Source: Heptranchias perlo (taxonomy: Eukaryota). From it: DNA of 64,000 nucleotides. The position numbers and the translations under genes are program-made. Positions 22,801 through 36,222 of the stretch are shown in pieces (positions within the stretch are counted from its first letter, which is position 1; each line of letters begins with the position of its first letter). The notes beneath the pieces were generated by a model. It was given only the letters and a program-made list of their open reading frames with translations. It did not search any database and had not been told where the DNA came from. The stretch covers positions 30,318,001 to 30,382,000 of the forward strand of contig NC_090352.1 of NCBI RefSeq assembly GCF_035084215.1, given 5' to 3'.

Positions 22801-25800
22801 GATTTATAAGGACAGGAGCAATGTATGATGTAAAACACATTATATTCTTCTTCTGCTAAATGTAGGCTACAAAATCTATTTGAATCCACAGAGTGAAGCT
22901 GAGCCAGGAAAGTCACAGGTTCAATCCATGATCAGCATGTGTCAGCACCTTCAAGATAGTGGGGGTGGGGGGTAGAATTACATGCACTGCCTTTTGATTG
23001 TGATTTAATACAGTATTTACACAAATAAATGCTGTCATCGGAGACTCCGGCACGAAGAAATACATCAACCATGGGCTGTATGGCTGGTATTGTCAGAGTG
23101 CACGGAACAAAAAAAAGACAAACAATCTTGCACACCTCAATCCAGTTTGGTGGAAGTGGAGTTTAATGCAGCGAAGCTATGCATTTAATGAGGCTAAGCC
23201 AATAAAGTGCAATGCCAGAGGTATACCTGAGCAGTGTCGCACTGTGTAAATCGCCTATGACAGTTTAAAATGAAGCTGGGAAAGTGACTGATGTTTTGAA
23301 TTGATAATGGCAACTTGGATCTAAATAGCAGAATTTTTTTGTCTACTGAATAGCTAAGACATTGTGATTGTCTGGTAGAATGTAAAAGGCGTGAAGCTAT
23401 GCAGATAAAAATGTATCTTGACGTCTGTAGGGTACTGTATTTAATTGAATGCCGCAGGAAGCTGTTTATATTTTTGAATTGTGATATCATCAGGCTTTGT
23501 CTGTTTGCTCAGGATCCTATCTGCAAGCAACAAAAAGCAATGTCCCCCTCCACTCAAATGGTGATGTCATTGTTTGCTCTTGCCAGAGAAGGAGGCATTG
23601 GAGATGTCTGAGGATGGATGCTCGAATCCCCCAACAGATTAAAAACTGCACAGTTTTACAGTCCACTAGTTCTTAGTTCTGAGATTTGGTCAGATGGTGG
23701 CATCTCTGTAACGTGAGACTAGCACTGTATACACCCTGATTCAAGGGCAACTGACAGAGATTGAAAACTGCAGAATTCATGAATCAGGGGTTATTGTTTC
23801 CCCAAAGACTTTTCTCAAAGAGGATAATTAACCCATTATGGAGTTTGCTCATTACATTTATATAGAATTACATAGAATGTACAGCACAGAAACCGGCCAT
23901 TCGGCCCAACTGGTCCCTGTTGGTGTTTATGCTCCACACGAGCCTCCTCCCTCCATTTATGTTTAATATTTACACTCGGTAGTATTTACCAAATTCCATT
24001 TGTGCTTCACTTTCCATTTAATTAGAAATAAACATTCTTAATTACTTTAGCTCGTTAAAACTTTGCTCCGTATTTTAATATTCCACCAATTCAAAAAGAA
24101 TGATGTCATGCTATCAGACTAAGTAAATCCAGCAAGTAAGGGTAGTTGTTCATTCTCAAGTCATGTGAAGGGCAGATTATTAATAAGAGTACAGCTTCTG
24201 CAACATAGAGGACAAGATACAGGGATGAATCCTTTGAGAGAGAAAACAGTTCTGTACAACATCTGAAATTGTAACAGTGAGAGATTTATATGCACACCTC
24301 CATGCTCGAAACTTGTGCGGACAGGACTAGTTTACTCAGTAAGGGAAACCTCGTTCAATCAAAGATTGAAGTTAATTGCCAGTGATTAGTTTGAAGATGC
24401 CTTTTGGGAGAGACAGAATCCACTGGTTGTTTTGCTCCCTAAGTCAGTCTTTCAAACTGGAATTGTCAACCATTGATGCAATTTATTGGGAGAGGTGGAT
24501 TTTCAGTTTGAAAGGATACACCTCAGGTTGTAGGAGTGATTTCCAATATTTGAATGCCCTGGTTGTTTTTCTTTAAATCACAAGTTATAACAGAAGGATT
24601 TGCAGAATAGTGCTACATCAGAGCGATGTGCTGAGTACTCCATTCCAAATACTTAGCAGAGATTGGAACATAAACAAAGCCAGCTTGCAATCTGAAGAGA
24701 CCCAAAATACTTTAGAGAGATGCATTACATGGAGGCTCCTTATGCTGTGGCATTCAGCAAGCTTGCTGCAATTGGTTATAAAGCAGATTCCTGGATAGAG
24801 AATTCCGTGAAGGAATTCTTTAAATGAGGATATTTTTAAAAACTGAAAGTCTAAATATAAATTCCTGTAGAGTCAGCTGTGCTAAAATCTTTATAAATCA
24901 CGCATTTGAATTCATTACTTCTGCTGGATATTGGAAGCGAGTGTTTTTAGATTTATTGTTACTTCACAGCAGTAGCTATGCTGTGCTGTACAAGTTCGAA
25001 CATTTCCAAGGCTGAGTGACACGGTATCTATCACAGGTTTTCCATTAGACCCCCCTTTTTAACCCCTCCATGTTCACTCCTCTTCTCTCCTGAAGGTGCT
25101 GATTTATGCATGTTCACCCAAGTGAGTGTCGGCACGCTGTTCGACTGTGGGTGCTATCACAGCCAAGCCTGGCTCTGTCCCCGCATGAAGTCCACACACA
25201 CGCACCTTTCAGCTTGGGTCACTGGATAGAGATCAGGAATGGGAAACCTGGCTGATTTTTTTAGTTCTTCCTTCCCCGGCCTAAAGATGCTAAGAAAGAA
25301 AGAACTTGCATTTGTACAGTGCTTTTCACAATGTCAGGACATCCCAAAGTGCTTTACAACCAAAGAAGTACTTTTGAAGTGTACTCACGGTTTAATATAA
25401 GGCCAATTGTAGTGTCCTTCCTGCCCTCCAGTTGGAATCAACCATGTCCTCACAGATTGGGTATTGAACCCTCCTGGACTGTGTGGCTCAGGATCACATG
25501 GAATGGTGCATTTATCCACCAAACCATCGTGGAAGCTCTAGAAATAGTGTTTCCTTCCATGTTTAGTACTGGAACCCTTCTTGATGTAAGTAACCAGCAC
25601 CTCCTTCCATTAACTTGCTGTCTAATCAGTGTTTGAATCTTTCCTTTTATTTACAGAACCTTCATTAGACATATTCCAGCATGTGGATGAGAAACCCGAC
25701 AAACTGGAATGTGAAATTAGCAGGCATTCTACCCTTGGCATCCAGGTGCCATGGCCACATCAGGGTAAAGTGCCCAGTGAGCAGGTAGCGGACATATGGT

Positions 25801-28800
25801 TCACAGTGACTGTAAAGCACGGCAAGGGCAGATTCACCTTAACCAGCTTCATGAGGAAGATCGGAGAACCCGAAAGCCAGAAGGCTGAGAACAGTGAAAC
25901 AAAAACTGATGCTGAAGATTCATCCATCGGCAGTACAGACACACTGTTGGTTCAAGGTAATGTTCTACCGCTGGTAGGAAGCTAACTAGGGGGCATAATC
26001 TTAGAATAAGGGGCTGCTCTTTCAAAACTGAGATGAGGAGAAACTTCTTCACTCAGAGGGTAGTAGGTCTGTGGAATTTGCTGCCCCAGGAAGCTGTGGA
26101 AGCTACATCATTAAATAAATTTAAAACAGAAATAGACAGTTTCCTAGAAGTAAAGGGAATTAGGGATTACGGGGAGCGGGCAGGAAATTGGACATGAATT
26201 TAGATTTGAGGTTAGGATCAGATCAGCCATGATCTTATTGAATGGCGGAGCAGGCTCGAGGGGCCGATTGGCCTACTCCTGCTCCTATTTCTTATGTTCT
26301 TATGTTCTAACCAGCCCAGTACAAGTTGGGACGGAGTGCTGCAAAAATATATGTGGTTGTGGACAATATTTGCCTTTCATTTTGTTTTCTGTCTTTATAT
26401 GGGGTGACAGAGATGGATAATCATTCGGTCCTGAGGATAGATTTGAAACTCTTGCGATTTGTTGTATTTGGAGTTGTGATGGGCTTTGAATTTAATACTT
26501 AACCTTTATTCAGTGGGGTTGCAAAATGGTGGATTTTCAAGAGAGCAGCTAGCAAACACTACACCACCGAGTGAGAGGATGCCACTTTGCCATTCGCCAC
26601 AAAGATTGTAGTTTCATTCCAGGTCTTGGTTGGACTGCAGTGATGAGGCACTTCTCCCACAGTGGAGAAGAGAGAATCGGGCGGCAATCCTCCAGGCAGC
26701 CGGCTGGAGAGAGCAGTATTTGGAGAGGGCGAGGAATAGGTTGGCTGCCCACCGCTATCAGCATGGAAATGATTTGTCATGACCTCAGGACTTTCCAAAG
26801 CACTTCACAGCCAATTAAGTACTTTTAAATAGAAGGGGAGAATTAGGGGCAAAGTAAAAATGCATTAAAAAAAATCTTCAGATGCAATTTAAGATTAAGG
26901 CTAGTCATGTCTAGAGAGAGACATGAGATGTAGCCACAGGGTCAGCAGGTTATGGTTTCAAACCCCACACCAGGGTCTGAGCGCATAAACCAGGCTGACA
27001 CTCCAGTACAGTGCTGAGGGACTACTGCATTATTAGAGGTGAAGTCCTTTGAATGAAACATAAAACCAGGGTTCTCTTTGTTGATGTGGAAAGTTTTGAA
27101 GAAGAGCAGGGAGTTCTCCCAGTGTCTGAGTCAACATTCCTTCCTCAACCAATATCACCAAACAAAACGGATTAATTGATTCTTCACCTCACTGCTGTCT
27201 GTGGGATGTTGCTGGCACAGTATACCCGCCTCGTTCACTGACATAACAAAGGTCACTGGACTGCAAAAGTAATTCACTGTGTGAGGCACTTTGAGAAGTT
27301 TCAGTGACGTGATGATGTGCTACATAAGTGCAAGTTTCTGTTCTAATGGGGAGTGTTAAAGTCCCCTCTATTCCAATAATAATGCAAATGAACAAAAAAC
27401 TGTGTGGCATAAACAGCAAATGAATGGATGTGTGAAATGATGAGCTTATGAGGAATATATCATTTAAGTGGTTTTACATGAGTTACTAATACTGATTACC
27501 TGGTGCGAAATGCAAGATAATGGCTGTTTCTTTTTACTTTTTAGTGACCTACATTATCCGCACCAGCACCCCATTTATCAGAACCAAACTGAGGCAAGAC
27601 CTGGTTTTGGACTGTGGCTACAAAATTGATCACATTACGGACTTTAACATCGAGTGGAGGTACCAGCACAGGGGGACCAAGAAGAAATTGTTCTCCTACA
27701 ATGGGCGGCATCAGCAGGTTGAACACATCGAGAAAGGAATGGAAGTGTTCATGGACCAGATCAAGAACGGAAACGCTTCCCTCCGCATAAAAAATGTTGG
27801 CATTAAAGATGAGGGATCGTACACCTGCTCCGTATATGTCCCTCCACTCTTTGGAACACACACCATCAACTTGGAGATTATGGGTAAAATGCTGTTTAAT
27901 TAAATGGTAAAGAAAATGAGCGGGTTAGGGGAAATGGCGATTAGAATTTATTTGGGTGACGGACTAGCGTGGACTAATTAGCAGAAAATTGAAGGGACAG
28001 TTTTGATCTTGCTGTCTCCTGACGTAAACGAGGGTCTCTGCTCCAGAGATAATGCCTAGATTAATTATTTCAATCTACATACAGCCGAATACATACATTT
28101 GAACATCTGGAAAAATTGTACAGTGCAGGTAGTTAAGATTAGTACCAACACCTGGAAAAAATCTTCTTTAATCTTCAACCTGATGGTCAGCAATCAGCGT
28201 GGTTGGAATCAAGCTCCGCTGAGGACAAGGTTACACTCATTTCTTGTGGCAGGGTGTTTTACAACTGTGCCTGAGATAGTCCTTACGAGAGGTATAATGT
28301 CAGATCTGGGGGGTAGGCGTTCCATTGTGTTCCTCAGGGGTCACTACTTGGATCCCTGTTTTTTCTACTCTACATAAATGACTCGGAAACCAAACATCAG
28401 ATTTGCTGACCACACTAAAATAAGGAGAACAGTAGAGCCAGAGGATGCAGCAAAAGGTTTGCAGAAGAATTGGCAATGCAGCTGGCATAGTAAATTAAGA
28501 AAGAACGATCTTGCAATTATATAGCACCTTTCATGTCCTCAGGACATCCCAAAGTGCTTCACAGCTAATAAAATATTTTTGAAGTGTAGTCACTGTTTTA
28601 ATGTAGACAAATGCTGCAGTCAATTTGTGCACAGCAAGGTCCCAAAAACAAGAATGAAATAAATGACCAAATAATCTGTATTTAATGGTTGAGGGATGAA
28701 TATTAGCTAGCACACCGGGAGAATTCTTCTGCTATTTGTCAAATAGTGTCTTTTCTTGCGTCCACCTGAGAAGGCAGACGGGGCCTCAGCTCAACATATT

Positions 28801-31800
28801 ATCCGAAAGACGGCACCTCCGACAGTGCAGCACTCCCTCAGTACTGCACTAAAATATTATCCTAGATTATGTGCTCAAGTCACTGAAGGAGGGCTTGAAC
28901 CCATGACCTTCTGATTCGGAGGCAGCAGTGCTACCACTGAGCCAAGGTTGACATTCAATTAAATAAAATTTAGCGATGATAAATTGGTTGGACTTCGGTC
29001 AATAAAACGTGTGTCACACGGTAAGTTCTCTGATTCTGTACTCCCAGCTTGAAACCACACTTGAAGAGAGCACGGTTCCCCACTGGGAACACGATCAGTG
29101 AATTTACCCTCATAGGTATGCAATGAATGGAATTGAACTGGCAAAGTTCAACTTGGAAAGGGACATGAGAGTAATGGTAGACTCATCACATTCAATGTCT
29201 GGACATGTGATTGTGTGGGAAAATATTACTATCAAAAAGAGCTTTGTGTAGGAAAAATTAAATAAAGGGATTTTTTTTTAGATTTGCGTTTCCCATATTG
29301 GTTACTTTTTGCTACGGAGACATGTTCATATTCTGGTCCTATGTGGAATACTAGATTATTCCAATTTGATTACAATTAAAAGGGGTGCAAGCTACGAATC
29401 TTAGAAAACCCCAAGCGTCAGAAGGCCTATAAATCATTAATGTATGTCCAGTTGTCGTGACTTATTCTGACAACAGTTATTTTTTGTTTTCTTTGTAGAG
29501 TTGCCCATTGTCTTCATGAACACTGATTCACTTTCCCTTAAGGAAGGGGATGAACAGAAGCTGCAATGTGATGTGGGGCGGTATTACCCACTTGACGTCA
29601 CAGTGAAGTGGCTGCGGCAGCAGAGGGAGGAACATTTGCTGCCTGTCTACATGACCAATGTCGTCTTTTCGCCCCACAAGCAGAACATAGACGGCACCTA
29701 TAATGTAACCAGTTACTTCAGGTTCAAGGCTTCCCTCAATGACAATGGCATTATATACACTTGTCGAGTTGAGCATACCAGCTTGGAGAAACCGATCAAA
29801 CGTTCCGTCCGAGTAACTGTAGAGGGTAAGCAATGAGGAGAATCCTATGATACTGTTGACTTAGAATTGTTCCAAAGTGTTTCACAGAGTCAATATGGTT
29901 GAATATTGGATACCTAAGGATGTTCATGTCTTTTATTTTCCCTCTCAGATTAATATTGAAGTAGCTCCAATACAGTGAAAACATCTAAATGTACTTAATG
30001 TTGGAACAGTTTTGGAACCATCCTGGTTCCTGCGATTACTCAAAGGTTGACTTTTTGTATAAGTTTTCTGCCTGTCAAAAGGCTCATTTCCTCATAATCT
30101 CCTTCAGTTGGGAAGATAGCACTGAACAAATTATGAATTCTGCGCAAATTTGACATGTTTCACTCCAACCTCAGTCAAGTAGAGATGCATCTGTCAGTTA
30201 TTTTCCTTCTTAATTTCCAACTCAGAAAACTTACAAAGGATACTAAGTTCTTCTAATACTTAGTATCTTTGCAAATACCATAGCGTGTAAAAATGATAGT
30301 AACAAAAGTTCTTGTAATACTTTTGTTACTATCAATTTTACACTCTCTGGTATCCTCATTACCATCAGCAACCTCTCCTTTAGCCTGCTAAGATGTGGTA
30401 TTCTGGGCTGAACATTCTCACATGGGTGTTGTCAATGTCACTGCAAGATTTTCTGACAAGAGAGCATAGGTCAGTCTTTCCCCCTTCTCCCCACAATGGA
30501 GCACTCTGCCATTGCCAAGTGAACTGAGCTGTCGGGTCAAGAGCTCCTGAGAACCACCCTTGATGAGAGCCAGTGTCACAGAATGCCAGGGCTTGAGGTT
30601 ATAACCTGTCAGTGAGAATGCACAGCACAACCAGTGCGACCTGTCGCAGTTTTGATTTTGTTCAAACTGGTCTTCTTGCCACATCGCCCTAAATATTATA
30701 AAGGGAGATTTCCACACTCTCTGTCCTGCCTAAGCGTATGTTTAAAACTGCTGGTAAAGAGCAACCGTGACACAGATTCCAAGCCCTGGGTCTCTTCCAC
30801 TACCGGTCATTCACTCTGTGTGAGAATCACAGGTCTGCTCCAAGTCTTGGGTCTCTTCTACTACCAGTCTCCCAATCCTCTCCATGAGAGTGCCCAGTCT
30901 CCTCTGAGAGGCAGGTGTTTACCGTTTCCTGTCTTCCTCTCACATGAATATTAAATAATACAAACATTCAACCTTTATGTGGCAGATTGGATGAATGCAA
31001 TTCAGTAAGGAAGTGGTAAAGAAGAAAGAAAGAACTTGGATTTATATTGTGGGTTTCACATCCTCAGGACGTCCCAAAGCGCTTAACTGTAATTGCTGTT
31101 GTAATGTAGGAAATGCAACAACCAATTTGTGCACAGCAAGGTCCCACTAACAGCAATGAGATAAATGACCAATTGTTTTAGTGCTGTTGATTGAGAGATA
31201 AATGTTGACCAGGACATTGGGGAGAACTCCCCAGCTCTTCTTTGAATAGTGTCATGGGATCTTTTATATCCACCCGAGATTTCAGATAGGGTGTTGGTTT
31301 AACATCTCATCTGAAAGACAGCACCTCCGACAGTTCAGCACTCCCTCAGTACTGCACTGAGGGTCAGCCTAGATTGTATCCTCAATTGTCTGGAGTGGAG
31401 CTTGAACCCGTGACCTTCTGATTCATAGGCAACAGTACCATCACTGAGCCAAGGCTGATACCAGTAGTAATTAAAGGAGCTGACAGGGATATAGGGAGTG
31501 GGTTACAGTGAGGAAAGCTGGCAAGCAACCCAGAAAGAATACAGGAGCAAAGCAGGAAATACCATTAACAAATAGGTTTCAGTGATTGGTTTACACAGGA
31601 AAAGGACCAAGGAATTGAGAAGAAGTCTGAGAAATTTGTTGGCAGTGGTTATTCTAGTGAACAAATCATTGACAATTTGTGATCTTCCGCAGGGTTGGAA
31701 GCAAGAAAGTGTAGTGCCTACGTTTGTAAAGGAAAGATCTCTGACTGAGGCAGTGGCAGGTCCTGGGTAAAATAATAGAAACTCTTGTAAGGATTGGGCT

Positions 31801-34800
31801 GGAGGACTGCCTATATAGTAATATCTGAAGAGTCAGCTAGCATGGATTTAGAAGGGAAAGATCCTGCTTGACACACCTCCTTGAGTTATTTGAGGACATT
31901 ATAAACAAAGCAGTGGAATTCCTTGTGATATAGTTTAACTGGACTTTCAAAAAGTTGTTGGCAAGATTCAACAAGATTTATAACAAAACTAAAACCATGG
32001 GAATCCAGGGTAAAACATGGGGACTGGACACAAAGTTGAATAAATAGTAGGAAATAAAGAATTTGCAGGACGTGTAATGTTAGAGTGGGGGTGGGGATGA
32101 TGAGTGGAGTACCCCAGGGGTCTGAGCTTGGAACCTTGTTTTGCATCAACATAAATGACCTTGGAAGCAGAAACCTAATGTAAGCTTCTTAAATGTTCAG
32201 ACAACTCTAAAATAGCGCAAAAGGGGCAGAGGATACAGTTAACTATTTGAAGAAGTATTTAGATCTGCTATGCAACTGGGTAAACAAATGAAACTTAATA
32301 CCGACAAATGTAGCATATAACATATTGGGTGAAAAATGAGTATGAGCTATCTGTTTTTGGTGGTGTTGGTTTGAAGGATAAATGTTGACCAAGGCACCAG
32401 GAGAACTCCTTTCGCTCCTAATTCTCCTTTTAAGGTAGTTCCAGTTTCCAATGTTTGTAGTGACATGTGACAGAGGTCTCAAAGCACTGACGCTGATGAT
32501 CTTTTCTTTTAATTCCACAGCACAACCTCAGATACTTTTATTTATCCTACTTTCAATTCTGACCCTATTTTTCTTTGCCATTGTGATCATCCTGCTGATT
32601 CACTTGAAAAAAGGTGAGTATTTGCTATTGTGAGTTCTGTGCTGTTAATCAGCACTGGCTGACACAGTGCCTTAATGGTTCCTTTTACAGCCTTCACAAT
32701 AATCAGCTTTACTATTATTTAATCTCTGTAGAAACATTTTTCAATATCACAAGAATCACAGGAATGCACAGAAATAGCAAATGTTTAATTTGGAATATCA
32801 GACAAGAGAGGAACTTTCTTTTATTTTAGGGATACAGACATCACTGCAGGCCCCAACTAGATAGAGCAAATAGCCATGAGCGAAATCAAAGCAGAATTAT
32901 AAATGTGTCATAGCTCGTAACTTTGAACAAGGTATCGAGAGACAGTTATCAGTTGCACAAGATTTGCAGATCTAGTTGGGCTGCCTTATCAAGATTAGTT
33001 TACAAAGACATTTGCTCTATCTTAACAAACAGCTTTATTGGGATCAGATAGAATTTTAGCTATATAACTGGTAATGTTTCAAATCATCTGTATGAATGAA
33101 ACAACGAAAAGAGTCAAAGATACGGACAGATTTACAAAAATGAGTTTTGTGTGACACAAAAACACAGACCCATCTGAACATTGAATGATTCTTTTTCAGC
33201 CAGTATGTTTGAAATCACAACTTCACCTTTTATTGGAATGTTCTGTTAGTGGTTGGCTTTCATTGAGCCCAATTGTGGTCGCTGATTGAATTGATTGCGT
33301 GAGAGGAGCTTGTGGTGGGGTCCAACAGAATGTGTGAGAGGAGCTAGTGGTGATGTGATTATGTCACAGCAGCTTTAACTGGTCTTTTCCCATAGAATGA
33401 CAGCAAGAACAACCAAAAGGGGAATAGCAGCTTCCTGGATGGTATGACCAGGGAGTGCCTTTGACTTTGCTACCAGGTGCACTTAGATACAAGGAGTCCA
33501 GCAAGTTAATAAGCCAGTATCATTGACAACAACCTTTAACATAGTGAAATATCCAAAGGCACTTCACGGGTAGGAATGGAAGGGACACTGAGCAGGAGAT
33601 TGGAAAACAGGGGCTGTGACTGAAGATGTGGCTGAAGAGATATGTTTTCAGGAGACTTTTTAAGATGTGGAGAGATATAGCAGGATGGAGGGGTTCAGGA
33701 GGAGAATTCTAGAGGGCAGGGGTGTGACGGTTGAAGGCTCTGCCACTGATGCTGGAGTGGAGGGAGTGGGGAACGCACAGTAGGCCAGTGTTGGAAAAGT
33801 GCAGGCTGTGAGATGGGACCACGGGCTGGAGGAGGTTGCAGAGGCAAAGCGGGACAGCATCACGGTAGAATTTGTAAACAAAGATGAGGATTTTGAAATC
33901 AGGGGTAACAGTAAGCCGGTGGATGTTGGCAAGGACAGGGGCTTAGTACCAGAAAGGATCTGTGGACTGAAATTTTGGACAAGTTGGACTTGAGTAGAAT
34001 GGCGCTTGGAAGGCCAGAAATGAGAAGTGAAGCCTGGAGGTGACGAAGATATGGTGAGAGTTTTGGTACCAGCGGAGGTGAGGTAGGGACGGAGATAGGT
34101 ATTGTTACAGAGATGGAAATGGGCAGCCTTGTTGATGGATATGATTTGGGGTTTGAAGCTCAGCTCAAGATGCCTACATCAGACGTCTAATAATGTCCAA
34201 TTTATTTTTAAATCAAAAGCCTCCGTGGGAGTGCAGCAGTTAAACAAAAGTTTGTGCTCAAAAGACTCGTGAAGCCAATTCTTTACCTTATCCACTATAC
34301 AAAAGAATGGAAAGGTGCTTGAGTGATATCAGAACTGATATTCTATCTGTTCACTGCATGATATGATTCCAAATGACTCTTTATCCTTTCCTTTGCAGTC
34401 ATCGAGAAAAACAAGGTAAGAGCAATATAATTTGAGTTTTATTAGTGCCACAAAGTCTCACATAGAAAACCTGTGAGAAAATGATAAAGGTCATTTTAGT
34501 CAGATAAATGTATGGGGATCACTTAATATTTTGGATAGTGTAGCGGTGTTTTTTTCCCCCTGACAAACCCTTGCTGTGGCATGGTTCCATGCTCGTTGGT
34601 GAGCCTCCAATATCCTAATTGGCTAATCTGAGCTGGGGCACCAGTAGGGTTCTACAGTTTGGCCCAGCATTCCTGGACTAGAAAGGCTAAAAGTTTCAAA
34701 GTAGTAAGCAGCCCAAGGGATGTCACAGAGTGGGAAACAGATGCCAAGCAGTGGTAGAAGAGTTAGGAGGGACCATTGAAAGCATGATAGGTTTTGAGTA

Positions 34801-35716
34801 GGCTTTTAATGGCTAGGAAAAAGTAGTAAGGTAGTGAGATTTGGGGAGGGAACTCCAGGGAGTAGGACCAAGATGGCAGATGGGCCTGCCACGGCTGGTG
34901 GAGTGGAGGACGGGTAAGATGCACAGGAAAAGAAAGAAAGACTTGCATTTATATAGTGTCTTTTACGACTTCAGATCGTCCCAAAGTGCTTTACAACCAT
35001 TGAAGTACTTTTAAAGGGTAGTCACTGTTGTAATTTAGGAAACGTGGCAGTCAATTTGCGCACAGCAAGGTTCCATCTAGGTGACAGCAATGAGATAATG
35101 ACCAGATAATCTGTTTTAGTGATGTTTGGCTGAGGGATAAATAATGACCAGGATAGGAGGCCAGAGTCAGAGGCCTGAGGGAATGGGCTGGGTTGTAGGA
35201 ATGAAGTTAATTGAAGAGATGGGGGTGTGGTGAGTCCATGGAGGCATTATTAGATGAGGAGGATTTGAAATCAATGCTTTGGGAGACAGGAAGCCTATGG
35301 AGTTTAATGAAGATGGAGGTGATGAGTGAGAGGGACTAACTGCGGGCCAGAATGCAGGTGGTGGAGCTTTGAATGAGTTGTAGGTGAAACTCAGGAGGCC
35401 GGTGAGGAGGACTCTTGAGATTTTGGGTCTGGAGTGGTTAAGGCCTTCCGCAGCAGAGGGGTGAGGTGGGGGTTGAGACGGGTGATGTGGGGGTTTAGTG
35501 ATAGATAGGATGTGGGGTTTGAAATTCAGCTCAGGTTGAATCAACCATTTAGACCAACAAGTAGTGAAAATGAATATGATTTAATAAAGTTTTTTTATTC
35601 CTTTATCTTTTTAATTATACTCCTCAGTCATTAAAACCAACATGTGCTGTTATGTTATGTTATAGTATTTTTCATTGTTCTTCCTTTTATCCTTTCAACA
35701 GAAGAAACCATACTGA
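19869..35716 (+). CDS. TAPBPL: Tapasin-family (tapasin-related/tapasin-like) type I membrane protein, 438 aa; coding exons 19869-19914, 22456-22635, 25657-25956, 27545-27883, 29499-29825, 32521-32613, 34399-34415, 35702-35716
   Basis: Kozak ccaccATG and signal peptide MFLKIFLLHFWILAAGIVQA. The N-terminal domain has VDCVF..LECEISR..PWP..WF. It is followed by an IgV domain (LDCGY..IEWRYQHRG..GNASLRI..DEGSYTCSV), an IgC1 domain (LQCDVGRYYPLDVTVKW..HKQNIDGTYN..YTCRVEHTSL), a TM exon and the tail KKVIEKNKKKPY*. All junctions are GT-AG and in phase (1317 nt). The exact paralog is uncertain. Confidence 0.88.
25984..26307 (+). mobile_element. CR1/HER1-type LINE 3' end, near-identical to the copy at ~10 kb
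   Basis: Reverse complement of ~9969-10290 with only a few substitutions; ends in a ttcttatg-type tail. Confidence 0.9.
28497..28950 (-). mobile_element. tRNA-derived SINE (SacSINE1/DeuSINE-like), near full length
   Basis: The minus strand begins with Pol III A box TGGCTCAGTGG and B box GGTTCAAGCCC, and ends in an L2-like tail. Many homologous copies occur in the window. Confidence 0.75.
31022..31457 (-). mobile_element. tRNA-derived SINE, same family
   Basis: Colinear homology to 28497-28950, including the A/B boxes. Confidence 0.75.
31650..32340 (+). mobile_element. Old, degenerate CR1 RT fragment
   Basis: Recognisable remnants of HGFRRERSCLT, DFQK and SGVPQGS.LG RT motifs, with frameshifts. 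Confidence 0.65.
33528..34170 (-). mobile_element. Degenerate L2 LINE fragment
   Basis: Homologous to the L2 3' ends at 18984-19340 and 61663-62060. Confidence 0.6.
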
Positions 35717-35761
35717 ACATTGGAAAAGAGGATTCAGTGTAAGTATCGGGAAGTGCTAGTA

Positions 35762-36222
35762 AGGAAAGAAAGAACTTGCATTTATGTAGAACCTTATCAT
35801 GTCCTTGGAGCATCCCAAAGTGCTTCACAGCCAATGAATTACTTTGAAGTGCAGTGACTATAGGTAAATGCAGTAGGAAAATTGTGCACAGCAACATCCC
35901 ACAAACAGCAAAGGAGTGAATGACCAAATTAATCTATTTTTAATGGTGTTGGTTGAGGGAGGAATATGGACCAGGACACCGGAACAACTCTGCTCGTCTT
36001 CAAATAGTACCATTGGATGTTTTACATCCACTCAAACTACTTGAAATGGAGGACAGGGCCACGATTTAATGCCTCACCTGAAAGATGACACCTCTGATAA
36101 TACAGCACTTCTTCAGTACTTTGTTGATGTGTCAGTCTAGATTATTTGCTCAAATCCTAGAGCGGGGCTTAACCTACGACTTTCTGACGCAGAGTCAAGA
36201 TTGCTACCGACTGAGCCAAGCT
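35762..36222 (-). mobile_element. tRNA-derived SINE, same family
   Basis: Colinear homology to 28497-28950. Confidence 0.7.

Noticed and set aside
28860-28950. tRNA gene
   Set aside because: The A/B boxes belong to a SINE head continuous with the SINE body; I could not build a complete cloverleaf.
32830-32864. Alternative short cytoplasmic exon (GIQTSLQAPTR*) after the TM exon
   Set aside because: Only a plausible acceptor supports it; there is no homology or transcript evidence.
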